Origin: Antedon mediterranea
Taxonomy: Eukaryota; Animalia; Echinodermata
NCBI RefSeq assembly: GCF_964355755.1
Contig: NC_092670.1
Span: forward strand, 11,332,795 to 11,396,794
Length of the DNA stretch: 64,000 bases
Direction of reading: 5' to 3'
The stretch's first letter is position 1; the number at the start of each line of letters is the position of its first letter. The notes beneath the pieces are model-generated. The model saw only the letters and a program-made list of their open reading frames with translations. It ran no database searches and had not been told where the DNA came from. The translations under genes were made by a program, and so were the position numbers. This document shows positions 50,043-63,268 of the stretch, piece after piece.

Positions 50043-52078
50043 TAAAGTAAATAAATAAACGTATGAGGCGCGCGGGTGGCATTTTAAAAGACCTTTTTCA
50101 CAATTTTTTTTTTCTAAATCGAAAATACACAGTTGTATTGTATTAGTATAGGTACGTATACATCATGATATTTAAGCATTTAAAACACTTCGTAAGTAAT
50201 AAATTAAAAGAAATTTATAATACAAAGAATATGACTAGTCTAGATAGAGAATTCCAATTCCACCAGACCACAAGTTTTTTTTCTTGCGCAAATTGACTTC
50301 GAAAGAATTATCAATTTCACAATACAAACAAACAGACAAAATTAACCTAGCCTATAGAAATAAAATTTATAAAATGGTATACAAAATGTTGTATAAGTTC
50401 TCGTTCACTCTACTAAATAATTGAAGTGCGCCCTCTTTATCGACACACAATTTAAGGTTCAATTCTCAGAGTGGCATTATTCATTCAATTCAAATTGTTA
50501 ATTTTTACATGATAATAAAAATAATGAACTATTTTACATGTAAATGTCATGCTTTGACTGTTAAAGTTGTTATAGGAGGGAGAAATGAGAATCAGGGTGG
50601 AGGGGGATATCTAGAGAAAATAACAGTAAGCCTATGTTTCTACAATGGTACAGCCGATCGGAGCCATGACCCTCTGGGTCTTCAATAATTATTTTACTCC
50701 CTAGCATATGGATTTTAACTCATAGAAGAACTTGTATAGCAATGATATGATAAATGACACACGCGTGCTGATAATTAGGCGTGTAAAATTATATCTTGTG
50801 GCGATTTTAAAGGAAAGGAGCGACGAGTTGCTAGATTCTTGGTGCTGTATCTCCACATAGGCTTACGAAAAAAATTACCCAGTATCATAGAAACTTTCTG
50901 AAATACAGCATATTATATGTATCGCATGTGGTGGCCTGTATCATGAAAGATTAGTTAAAGGGTTATGATCTACAATACTTTTGCAACACATAAGATGCTG
51001 TATTACTGAATTTTCCATTATACTGGAAATATCTAGATAACAGTAGCGACAATCGAATGACTCTAGACTACAAGTGCATGTTCACAGAGCAACGAATAGA
51101 ATATGGCGCAATAAGTAAAACTAAACTGGAAACACATAGAAAGTCGGTGTACGTTCCATTTTATTACCAATACAAAAATACATCCATTTTATGCATAGAA
51201 ATCAAATTCCATAAAATAATACAACCGATTTTATTTTAGAAAAAGTAGTACTTTGTTAATACCAAAATCACATCAAGCATAAGATTGGTGTCCACATAGG
51301 AAGATGCAAAGATGATGACGTTAGCAGCAACACATTTGGCCAATCAAGAACGATAGATTATTGGAACTGTCACTCGTGATCGGTCAATTCCTTTGCGTTG
51401 TGCTTACGTAAATGAGCTGCGTCCTAGTGGGAACCAAGCTTTAGTACTAAATATCGCGCACCACTTTTTATTATTCAAATACCCTCATTTTTCCTTTTTA
51501 AATTAATTATTTAATTTTTAAACAGTTAACAGTTAAATAAATTGTGTTAAGCAGTAAAGACCAATATAAAAGGGGAGAACTTCATTCCTTGAAAAGAAGC
51601 CCACACAACCATAGTACTAAATAAGAGATAGCTCATGGGCTTCTATCCGAGGTTTTACGGTAATCATTGCATCAACACAACGCCGTTGAATTACCATTTA
51701 AACTTCGTTTAATAAAAGAACATATTATTTGTTACAATATATCTATATATGACAAACATTGATAATAAAATGCAAGCAATATAAAAATACATCACTATTC
51801 TATAACACTGTACAATTAATACTGTTATGCAAAATATTTATATAGAAATATTGTAAGAAAGAAAATGCAATACACATGACGTCATGTGTTCTGAATGTTA
51901 ATTCGGTTGTCTTTGCAAAGACTTGTAAATAATAGAAATAGATTTGTGACGTATGTATTTATGCCATTACGTAATACAGAAAAAGGCTAGATGTCGTGTG
52001 TATTGCTTCTTCTTCCTCGAGGTAAATATCTTAATAACGCCATCCATGCGCGTCGCGTACTGTTGTTGTTATGTGTAT

Positions 52079-55000
52079 TTAAAGACCAAGTTTAGCATAG
52101 TTCCCAGGATTTGGTTTAGCAGAGCAGAAAGGAAAATTATGGCAAGGATACCACCAAGGTACAAACATCTTTTCCATTTCTGTAATATAATTCTGATTAA
52201 GACCTTGCATGTGAAAGTGGACCGCAGTACGGATTTCATCAAGAACCTCTTGATGTTTATCCAGGGGAAGTGGTGATGATTCTCCGGGGTCAAGGGACAT
52301 GTCAAAGAGCAACGGTTCTGATCGGAAGTTACGATTACACCCAACATGTATGGTCTCATCTACGAAAATTGCCTTATAGTTCTTGTAAGTCACGGCTGCT
52401 GGATGGTCGGGGTCACACCAGTGAAAGAGGAAGAGATGCTGTGTCGGTGTTTTGACGTCTGACACAAATGGCAGCAGACTCTGACCATCAATGATGCGAT
52501 CTGCAACTGGACGATTCATGACATCAAGAACAGTTGGGTAAAAATCCATAATCGACGTTACGGCGTCGACCTCTGACCCAGCAGGAATCTTCCCAGGCCA
52601 TCGAATCAAACCTGGTACGCGGATTCCTCCCTCCCAATTTGTGGACTTAAATCCCTTTAATCTTACACGCTCTCCTCTACTGTTTTTAACCTCTCCAGCT
52701 GAACCTCCTTGGTCGACCGGAACGTGTGCCATTGTGTGAGGCTCATATGTAGAAAGTGGTCCATTATCAGACGTCAGCATAACCAACAGATTACTATCTA
52801 GTTTATTTCGCTTCAATTCTGCCATTACTTTACCGATGCTCCAGTCCATCTCTCTCAGAGCGTCTGAATACAAACCAAGGCCTCCAGTGTCTTTGAAACT
52901 TTGTGATGCAAATATTGTGGTGTGCATCTGGTTGTAAGACATCATTAAAAAGAAAGGCTTTGATCGCTCTTTACCTCTTTCTTCGAGGTAATCGACGGCT
53001 TCTCGCGTGTATTCTAGAGTGAGGTTGTCTGTGTAGTACGGTTGCTGTATAATCTCATCATTTCTGTATAATATACAACTTTTAGGATTCAACAGTGAAA
53101 AGTGTATCATATAAAGAAAGTACAGTATATAAAATACAACTAACCCTTTGGTTAACATAACCACACCGTTCAATTCAATAAATCCAAGCAGTTTTAGAAC
53201 TGGTATTAATAACGCCATCGTCATTAAAATACTAGTATGTTCAAATAATGGATACAAGAAATTCTGTAGTGTCCATTGACCCTTGTACGTGTTACTACAT
53301 GAATATGCGTGAGTTAGTGGTGTACCGACCCAGTAGTCGAAGCCATGTCTCATGGGCAAGTACTTTCCACCAGGTCCGTTTCCTATATGCCACTTTCCTA
53401 AAAGTCGTGTGTCGTAGCCTTTCTCTTTAAACACCTCTGCCATAGTGAGTTCGTCATGCTGAAGACCTCCATTCGTTGCAGAGCTAACAAACACTTGCCA
53501 CTGCATTAGACGTCCTTTTAAGATGCCCGTTCGTGGAGGAAGTCTTCCTAGAAGATACAAAAGAGCAAGTGGATTTTTAGGACTACATTGTCTGATAGTT
53601 ATGTGTTGGTATAGGCCTATTATTCATACGTGTGAACGAAATATATATAGGGAAATTAAAAGATGCCCCAACTCAAACGGCACAAATCGGTACTGTGGTT
53701 TAGGAGGAGATTAAGTAAAATGTCTGGTTATAGTGCTTTTAATAGATGGTTACGTAATGTATAACAGTATAAGATACGTTGTAAGCTTGTATCTGGTAGT
53801 ATAAGTGTAGGATGCACGCACATGAATCAGGCCATCGTTGTTGTAAACAAATAATTTAAATTATTATATTATACTTGTACGTGAATACACGGGTGAATAG
53901 CAAACAATTATCTGGACATTGGCAGAGAGACAACGGATCATCTGTCATATACTTTTCATAGGGTAAGCAATATGCCTAGAATTATATGCCAACACCACAA
54001 TTTAACCAAATTCACACCAACCGTCTTACATTTATAGGCATATCGGAAACATTATGAAAGCTTAACCAAACAATAGAGGGCGGACGCTATATAATTTTAA
54101 TTAAAGTTAGAGAGAGAGTGCTATCAAAACCTATTTGGACGTACTAATAATAGTATGCGCTTGTCTTGATTTTCCTTCCTGTTATGATAATGAGTAAAAA
54201 CCCAAAAAAAAGTATTTTACTATAGTCTGCTACCATGTCATTATTATTGATTGATTGACAACCGATGTTATGACAATAATATGACAGCAACGCCTGTCAA
54301 GGGAGTGATTATTGATTGACTGCAATGATTGCTTGTCTGCTAATGGTTATATCGGCGCTCGAGACGTTCAACACAAAAATAATGGTATGTTGCACGATAG
54401 GCCTACTATACGCTATAGCAACTTATTTTTAATAAAATATGGTAGATCTAAATACAGATGTTTTATATCAGTTAAGACTTCTGTAGTTGCATCTTATTGT
54501 ATAAACTAATTTATAGAACGTAGGCCTACACGCGAATTAATCTGTATTAATTTGTTTGATACTTTGTGATAAAAAAAAAACGAACGAACATTCGAGAACA
54601 ACGCTCATGTACTAGCCGATTCTAAATTTGTTCAGTATTAATAAAAGAGGTATTCCATGATACAGCATCACATGTCATACACATTTTATACCGTATTACA
54701 GAATTTGCCTATAACACTGGACATATTGTAGAGATACCGCATTGAAATTCAGGCGTATATCCAGAACTTCTACTAAGCTTCTGTTAGAAGTACATACTAA
54801 GATCATACAATACATCATACAATTTACTCTTCAATGTCTCGCCCACTAAAACATGTAATCCAAGCGGTAGAATAAGCTTTATTCCCTCTGGTATCACGCA
54901 GCATAATACTCATATTCACATTTATTTCGAAGCTAGAAGTGTAAAAGACTTGCCCCACGACAATATCTTAACAGAAGACTGAGAAGAAACTTGAAGGCCT

Positions 55001-58000
55001 ATGATGTTTTTTTTAATAATGTATAGCCTTGTGTAATGTTAGTACGGATGTAAGTTTTTATGCTTGGTTCCACTTGAACGCAACGCAGGGATGTAAAACG
55101 CAATGTAAAGCTTGGTTCCCACTAGAACCCACCTCAAGCGAATTGACCAATCACAAGGAACGCCTCACAGTGATCCATCGTTTGGATTGTCAATTTGCTT
55201 ACGTTGCGGCTTACGCCCTTGCGTTGGGTGATAGTGGGAACCAAGCTTTAGTAATTTGACAAACCACAACGCGATGGATCAAACGAAAACCAACTTGCGC
55301 TGTGCATACATCGTTGCGTTGCGTCCAAGGAAACCAAACTAGTTTAATCTATAGCGGCAACAGATAGTCGAATTTGACACTTAGACAGATCACATCGCCT
55401 GCACAGTGAATGGACACAGCATGCATTCCCAATGTGAATGGAGAGCGATACTATATCAACAACCAAAGCACGGATATTCATTCCTAGCTGTATAAACATA
55501 AATACCGAAGTAGCTACATTTTATGTACACCAACATAGTAATTAACAGTTAAGCATGGTTCCCACTAGAACGCAACGCAGCGCGGCGTATCAACGCAAAA
55601 TGATATTAAAGCTTGGATCCCACTAGACGCAACGCAAGCGAGTTGACCAATGACAAGCGACAGTTTGATTAATCCATCGCATCGCTAATTAATCCCTTAC
55701 ACTGCGTTACATCGCTGTGTTGTGTCTCTAAGTGGGAACCATAAGAATCACAAGTGGAAGCCGACGACGCAACAGTGCTGCAAACATCGCAGGTTTGATT
55801 TCACGCAGGCGGGGCAAACACAATTATTAGAAGGCCATTTGCTATGTTGCGTAGATTGCGTTACGTTGCGTCGCAAGTGGGAACTACGCTTTACAGTAAG
55901 AGAAAAAAGAACGACCGCCTTTGTTAATAAGCATCGACGGTACCTCAGTACGAAATAATGCAGAATTTGGAATCTATGCTCTTCTATCAGATTAGATTAT
56001 TTTGCAGTCACGTACTCCTCCGCGGAGAAAACCCAAAGATAAGCGCCGGATCGATTAAATATAGACTCTAAAACAGGAAGTAAGCGCAACGCAAGCAATT
56101 TCATTATTATGGTGACGCAATGAATCATCCATCAACTCACTTAAATTGTGTTCCAAATCATAGTATAAGCCAACGCCGTGTCATGGTTATACAACAAAAT
56201 GTCAATGGCGTGGTGTAAAGTGACATTGATGGTGTTCACACGCAAAGGCGTACTACGCCAGCCTTAGCTAAGCCTGCATTCACACCTTCTCCCTTTCACG
56301 GAATGGAAGTGTAGTGAAACTGATAAATTTGCTAAAAATATTTAAAAATCAGTACACGTGATTACAATGGTCTAAAAAAACTGAGTGCGAGCACGTAATA
56401 CCCTAGGCTTACCGGTGACGACCAAACTTAAAACAAACGCTACTGGTTTCCTAGGTTCAACCTGGGTTTAATAGCCTGTATTACCAGCTATAACAATTCT
56501 GTCTTGCATAAGCTCAAATTTAATGGGATAATTGGGAATAGGGAACCAAGGGTATTTTAAAATCAATTATAAATTTAACCACGTAAACTCACCCTAAGTT
56601 TTAAAGTACAAACGGTTTAAGTAACATTATATATCAATAATCGCGTTAACAGGTTTAAAATTCAATTAAAAAAATGCTTTGCACGACCTGAACTTTATCG
56701 ATTACTCGGGTTTACGCTCACTGTTGTCCCCTGGGACGAATAGACTAACTGCCTACTTTTCATATTGTTCTAAAGCTATTAATAACTATCTTCTAATATG
56801 CATTGACTTTAGTAAACATTCACCATAAAGTTGTTAAAAACTATACATTTGATTCGGATCGACTGAATATATAAAATATGTAACTTTGCATATAAAGGTA
56901 CACTTGAATGAAGCAATCTTAGTAGAAAGTCTACGGCCCTACAATCGTTTAAACATAAACTTCATTAGAATTTTAATACAATATATGTATATTTTGTACA
57001 TTGTTGAAATTGTTTTTTTAAATATTTTTATGTGCACAGTCCCCCCCCCCCCCCTCCCCAAGGAATAACAACCATCTGGTCCTCCGTGGTTAAATAAAGT
57101 TGAATCCAATTGAATTGTAAGTAATTCTGTGTGACGTATTGATGGAGATAAAAGCGATTGTGAAAGAAGAGCCAAATTATTTAGAAGAAGAGCCAGTCTA
57201 CTTGAAATGTGGTTAGGCCTATCCATAAAAAAAAACAAGGGAAATAATATATGTATCCAATTTTCTTTTGGAAAGAAACTTGTATTGAAACAAGTGCAAA
57301 TTAATCCAGTAGTGTTTTGTTTGGTTACACATAATGTGTGCATAGCTGGCTTGATTTTTAAGATTGATTTGAAGCCCTAAGCCCGGTCTAAGTTCATATA
57401 CCACATCAATACAAGCCTCAAAGCCTTCGATAACGCCGAGATGATTTCATAGAATGTGCATCGATAACATCCATACCTAGATTGAGAGCCTAGGGGGACA
57501 GTAACTCTTCGATGAAAACATTTTGGATTGTAAAGGTTTCGCAAACTGTTATTGTTAGACTTCTTGGAAGGCTTAATAGATGACATTTTCTCCCGTATTT
57601 TAGAGGTTATATAAAGGAGAATACCGTATTTGTTCAATTGTGCGTGATGTCTGTTTTAAACGGTATGAAAACTTAGCGTACTACTCAGTTGACTAAAAAT
57701 AGCTTCATGTATGCCCAACTCATATAACTAGTACGGAAACTTAGCGTACCGCTCTTTTTCGTATACATTTCTTTAGAAAACGCAGTATATGATGCCTCTT
57801 TATGGCTTCCGATATCACGATGGGCACAATGACGTTAATGATGATAGTCAGATGACCAAATAACCATTATGATAAAACGGTGACGACATTATGTTAATGA
57901 TGAGAATTATGATAAGAAATACTGAAATATCATAGAAAAGAAATAACCACCCACCAGACCTTTTCCTGAAGTGCCCTGAGGGGAGCAGCAGCAAAAGTGC

Positions 58001-61000
58001 TAGTAAAGTAGGTCTAACTCATGCACGACAATTTATGGTTAGCCGTACTCAGCCAGCAGGCACATTATTATAGGCTAGGCCTAATTCTAGCATTTTCTTT
58101 AGTTACGCTAGCACTTGCCTTTTTTTTTTGGTGGGAAAAAAGTCCTATACAGGCTTACTAATCATATCGCATTTATCATCCTCTATCAACATAGTAATTT
58201 AATTACAAATTTGGGAAGTAATAAAAGCAAAGTCTATTTCAAATTAAATTCTCATGATAACTGTAAACATCTGCAATATGCATAAGTTACAACGTTTATA
58301 GATCTTAAATCATGATAAAGTATTAATTTGTAACTTTAATTGAATTTATGGGGGTAAATTTATTGCCTTAAATAATGGCCTTGCATATTAATACGTCACG
58401 GCCTTGAATGTTATTTGTGTACACATTTTTTGTTGAACTGAGCAACATTGGGTTCACACGCAATGTTTAAAGAAAGATTTAAACAATTTTATGACAATAC
58501 AATAATGACAATTTTCTACTAGAAAAACAATCTGCCGCAACGCAACGTATGCCTACTGTACCGACGCAACGTAAGAACATACGCTTCGTATCCCCTTCTA
58601 ATGCTTGATTCCCACTAGAGACGCAACACAACCACGTAGCACAACGTAAGAGATTTGAGCAATCACAAGCGATGGATTTATTCGACTGTCGCTTGTCATT
58701 GGTCAACTCTTTTGCGTTGCGTCTACGTGTTTGCATTGCGTCCCAGTCGAAAGCAAAGGAGCGAAGGATTAAAAGAATTTGTTGCGTCGGTCTAGTGGGA
58801 ACAAAGCTTACGCCACTTTGTGTCGATATGTTGCGTCGGTCTAGTGGGAACCAAGCTCCGTCCCTTTGTGTCGATATGTTGCGTCGGTCTAGTGGGAACC
58901 AAGCTCCGCCACTTTGTGTCGATATGTTGCGTCGGTCTAGTGGCAACCAAGCTCCGCCACTTTCGGTCGATATGTTGCCTTGGTCCAATGAGAAGCAAGA
59001 TTACGCCACATTGTGTCGATGTGTTGCGTCCTGGTGTGAACCAAGCTTTAGCTTTGTCCAACATATTTACACACAGCACACAAGCGTTGATCCCATTAGT
59101 ACAGCAAACACTATACTGTTTACCTCAGTGTTAAAGGGTACCTCCGCGACCTGAAAGTATTTCTTGTAAGATATTATTAACGTTTTATTATTGACGTTTG
59201 ACGAATTCAACTTTCATTTTTAAAAAGTGGTAAAACAAGGTGGAAACATTCAAAAGCATTATAGAGTGATGCCATTAGTATATACTCTCTTAGATATGTC
59301 CTTAAACCAAAAGACAAATATAACATACAAAATAAAACGAGACATATTTGACGAATGGGTTGATTATGTACAATTACGATCACCGAGGGAATACATGAAT
59401 GTTGTAAGAAAACACGAGTTTATTTAATATCACGTGATCCGCCGTAAATGTATTTTTGCAACCATTACATTAGGCAGAAATTATGAGGCAGGTTAGTGTG
59501 TAAAGATTTATTATAAGCAGAAATAATTATGGAAATCATGAATGAATTGTTCTAAAGGTTACGTAAGAATAATTGGATCTCAAAAGTGGTTCACATACGC
59601 TCAAAGGCCACGATCCATATATATCAACCTTTTAGAATTGTTCTTCCTAGTTACCCAATTCATGTACGACACTATTATAGGCCACTTGAGACAATAATTG
59701 TCTCCTGACTACAACCTTTCTAATGTTAAAGACAAGAGTTCGAACTCCGTCGACTTGTTCTTTTTTTTTTTTTTTCTTCAATATTTATTCGAGGGTTAGG
59801 TTCAGTTAATAGGTGTTGGAGTTGAACAGTGACGAACAGTGACATTCGTGTGTTGTGGATGGGCCTGTTTACTCTCGCTTGACATGAAACAGCCGCAGTT
59901 TGTCTCAGATAGTGTACCATACGATAATCACCTGCTCGCTTGTGGTTATGCCTTGTTTTTTTTCTTGTAATTTTAGCCTTAAAAAGCAGCTGGTGGCTTT
60001 ATTCATATAGAAGACAGTCAAATAGGCCCATTTGTCTAGATATTCCAGGCTGGTGATGAATGATCTAGACTAGAGAGATAGTTGATCAAGACTCGCGGAG
60101 AAAATATCCTCCAAACGTTTACTATACGCAAGGCAAACGAATATTCAACATTTATATGTGTTTGAAATTCAGCCAAAGAAAGAACGCGCCAACCGCCATA
60201 TGAGAGATAATTAAGAAGGGTATTCTTTATACCATCATCAATACCTGGTGCCAAATGTAACCTTCCATGATACATGGGATTTCACCGAATTTGCCAATAA
60301 TACTGAAGAAAAATTACAGATACAGCACTGAGGATCATGAATATCTGAACTAGAAATCATCCAGTGTCAGTCTATAATCATTTTACTTTTGTACTAATCT
60401 AATAGTGTAAACCTTGCCAGTGATATAAAAAAAAAATTTCGAATATGAAATGGGTCGCTATCCAATTACCACATGCATAAAACTTGAAAAATGTTTTATA
60501 GTCGGACAGAAACCAAATGGCAACATTGGCATATTGATGCATACAGCATCAACAACATGTATACCTCTAGGCCTCCTCTACATACTTCTCTCCAGCGTCA
60601 TCTTCCGATTTCCCAGGGTAGCTATAATCTAATTATGGTTATCCTGAACGTTATGCCCCTAGTTTGAACTCCCTTTGATGGAGAAACAATTCAACCAGTC
60701 TTTGCATCAAAATATTATACATACATATACGATACGGTATTGCAAGCAAAAAAGATTTGTTGGAAAAGTTAACGGACTTTTATCTGGTGTTATTAAATAA
60801 ATATTCAACTTTGTTGAGGACAAAAGGTGATAAGATATACTTTTAAAACTAATCAAAACAAAAAAAAATAAATTTTGTTAAAGATTGTCCCCTTTATGGG
60901 GGACATCATTATAGTTATATTACTTGGACCAACATTTTCTGATAAAAAAACAAACTGTAATTTAAAGCAGCGAATAGTCAAATTGTCTGTCTGAAAATGA

Positions 61001-63268
61001 GGGTTTGGTTACCTTAAACCGCTTTATGTTGTCTTTTTATAATTGAAAAACCTTTTAGGCAAAATATGATTAATCTTCTTTTTCATATTTTTTGGAGACA
61101 ATAATAATAATATTAATATATTACCGCATAATCCAATCACACTTCGTAAGGCTTAAACATTTAAAATGTGCTCTTGAATTAAAGATGTCAAAATCGGATA
61201 TTATATAAATGGAAGCGGCAAAAAATGGCCTTTCACCCAGTAAACTTTCGCCTGCTCTTGCCCCATACTGTCTCACGTCCGATTTTAGATGCGAGTTCAA
61301 TAACATAGGTCTGTATCCTGCTGATAGTAAATTTGATAAAATTTAGTTGCTTTGGGCATTTTTACAATCGGCTGCTGCAAACACTTATCTGCGCATGCAC
61401 ATAATATGCATTCGTGCCGTGTGGAATTGATCATCCTTTGAAACATGCTGTCTGATGTGCCAGGTTATCACCACATCAGCGCAATTAACGCTCGCGTAGA
61501 AATCACAACGTGCGCGCATGTGTAAATCATGATGTGCGCGCATGTGTGAATCATAATGTGCACGCATGTGTGAATCATAATGTGCACGCATTTGTAAATC
61601 ATGATGTGCGCGCATGTGTAAATCATGATGTGCGCGCATGTGTAAATCATGATGTGTGCGCATGTGTAAATCCTGATGTGCGCGCAAGTTTTAACATTGA
61701 ACGATTCAGGCTTAGTTGCTTACACGAGTTTTAGCGATAACAAATGGTCCGTTCTAGTTTAGTTATTTACCCGGGTAAGTTGGTTGCGTGGTTAGTAGGA
61801 ACCAACTTATTCGGGTACGTAGCTAAGCCCAAACTGTGCCAATAAAACCTATGCCTACTACTAATTATAGACCTAACGATTATCCAGTCATTATAATGGT
61901 AATAAATCACAGATAATAATAGGCCTCTATGCATTAGCAACTCAACAGCTATGCGGCATATGATTTACAACTAGGTCTGTTAATTTCAGAATGGCAACCA
62001 TTGATAGTGGAGTCTCCTAATAAAGACCCATCCTTGTATGGGACGACGAGAAGGGCCAATTGAGTTTCTTTTGAAGACATAGTATTTACAGAAAATCGTG
62101 ATGGGTTCACAATGTGAATATCTGTTGTCTATCAACTAATTTATCAAATATGTTTGTTATCATATTCCATGGGGGAAAAACTAATTCAAGCGGATGTCTA
62201 AACAGCCAATGCGGCCAACGGATTAAAATGAAATCGAGATGGAACAGATTTAAAACAAAAATGGAAACAATTGTAGTTATATCTTCATTCTCGGAAAAAA
62301 CATACCACGTAATAAATGTTATTTCATTTTCCTAGATAGAAATCTATAGTCAAGAGACACCAAGAAAGGAGTACAAGTTGTGAAAACATTACCGAACATT
62401 AAAACATTCATGTGTTGTGTCTGTCGATTGTAGAATAACTAGACCCTGGGCATTTGAAACGCTGTGGACAACAGACAACATATTTGTTGGCACAGTTTAT
62501 AGTGAAATGATAGTGCTGTTTGGTTCAAATGTTGTTTTGACAATTATCCATGCCTTGTTTTATGGTAATTGAAATCTATGTGACGCATGAATGAATTTAC
62601 AAATGGCTCGATGAATAAAATCAAACTTTACATAGGCCATTGTCTTGATAAAGCTATTCACTTCAGCATAAAAAAAATCATTTATAAAACGACAAAATGT
62701 ACGGTTAAATTTATAAATATTCAGCATTTATTATAGGCTTATAAAATATTATATTAATAAATAAATAATACAAATAGGACGAAATAAAAATAAAAACACC
62801 CCTGGGCATGGGCTTTTTGGTCTTTAAATTGCACTTTTTCAAATTTATTTTTTCTCTCGATCAAATATTGTGAAATATTTTCAGAGGAGTGAAGCACACT
62901 TATTAAAAAAGTGGATTCAGAGAGAGGGATACAGAGGCCTTCTCTCACTCCCCATCTCCAATATTAACACTCCATGTCAATTATTTTAACTTACCTGTAA
63001 GTATAGCGGCTCGGCTAGGCGAACAATATGGATTAGCGTACATCCTATTAAACTTCATGCCTTCCTTCGCAAGCTTGTCGATATTGGGAGTTTTTACACT
63101 CTTGTTTCCATAGCAACCTAAATCTCCCAACCCGGTATCGTCCAGAAGAAATAGTACAACATTCGGTGGCCGTTCAGCGTTTTGATTTTCAACTTTAGAA
63201 GCTAAAACTGTGGCGACTAAATACATAGTAAAACATACTGCTGTATAGTATCTGACCGTACTAGCCAT
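52079..63268 (-). CDS. Arylsulfatase, steroid sulfatase / ARSD-E-F-H-like membrane-anchored type (~580 aa, two coding exons)
   Basis: Exon 62995-63268: signal peptide, [13 protein letters not shown], FGly motif [11 protein letters not shown], donor G|GTAAGT. Exon 52079-53547: ttcTAG acceptor in matching phase 1, RLPPRTG, GKWHIG, HGFDYW, two hydrophobic helices typical of the STS hairpin, [28 protein letters not shown]-terminal PC..FPFC. Intron ~9.4 kb. Confidence 0.93.
55060..55895. mobile_element. Cluster of nested/adjacent family-A MITE copies in the arylsulfatase intron
   Basis: Several GCTTGGTTCCCACTAG / TAGTGGGAACCAAGC termini and GACCAATCACAAG cores. Confidence 0.8.
58781..59050. repeat. 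48-bp tandem array (~6 units) derived from the terminus of a family-A MITE
   Basis: Unit GTTGCGTCGGTCTAGTGGGAACCAAGCTCCGCCACTTTGTGTCGATAT starts at 58781, 58830, 58878, 58926, 58974 and 59023, attached to a MITE starting at ~58602. Confidence 0.9.
61500..61687. repeat. 24-bp minisatellite GTGCGCGCATGTGTAAATCATGAT, ~7-8 copies
   Basis: Tandem copies; explains ORFs 61385..61687, 61468..61650 and 61510..61734. Confidence 0.93.

Noticed and set aside
52069-52455. Alternative-frame and antisense ORFs over the sulfatase exon (similarly 7329..7559 over the LRR gene)
   Set aside because: Shadows of real coding sequence with no independent motifs.
58781-59050. CRISPR-like regularly spaced repeat
   Set aside because: The sequences between the conserved cores are near-identical, so there are no unique spacers. 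There are no cas genes, the context is eukaryotic, and the unit derives from a MITE TIR.
61385-61734. His-rich repeat protein (MRAHHDLH)n
   Set aside because: A 24-bp minisatellite open in several frames, with no splice or domain support.
19608-63268. ARS-GCLC-ADAM17 co-oriented trio as a functional operon-like cluster
   Set aside because: GCLC and ADAM17 each have their own promoter-like 5' region and the three genes share no evident pathway; co-orientation of three genes is expected by chance.
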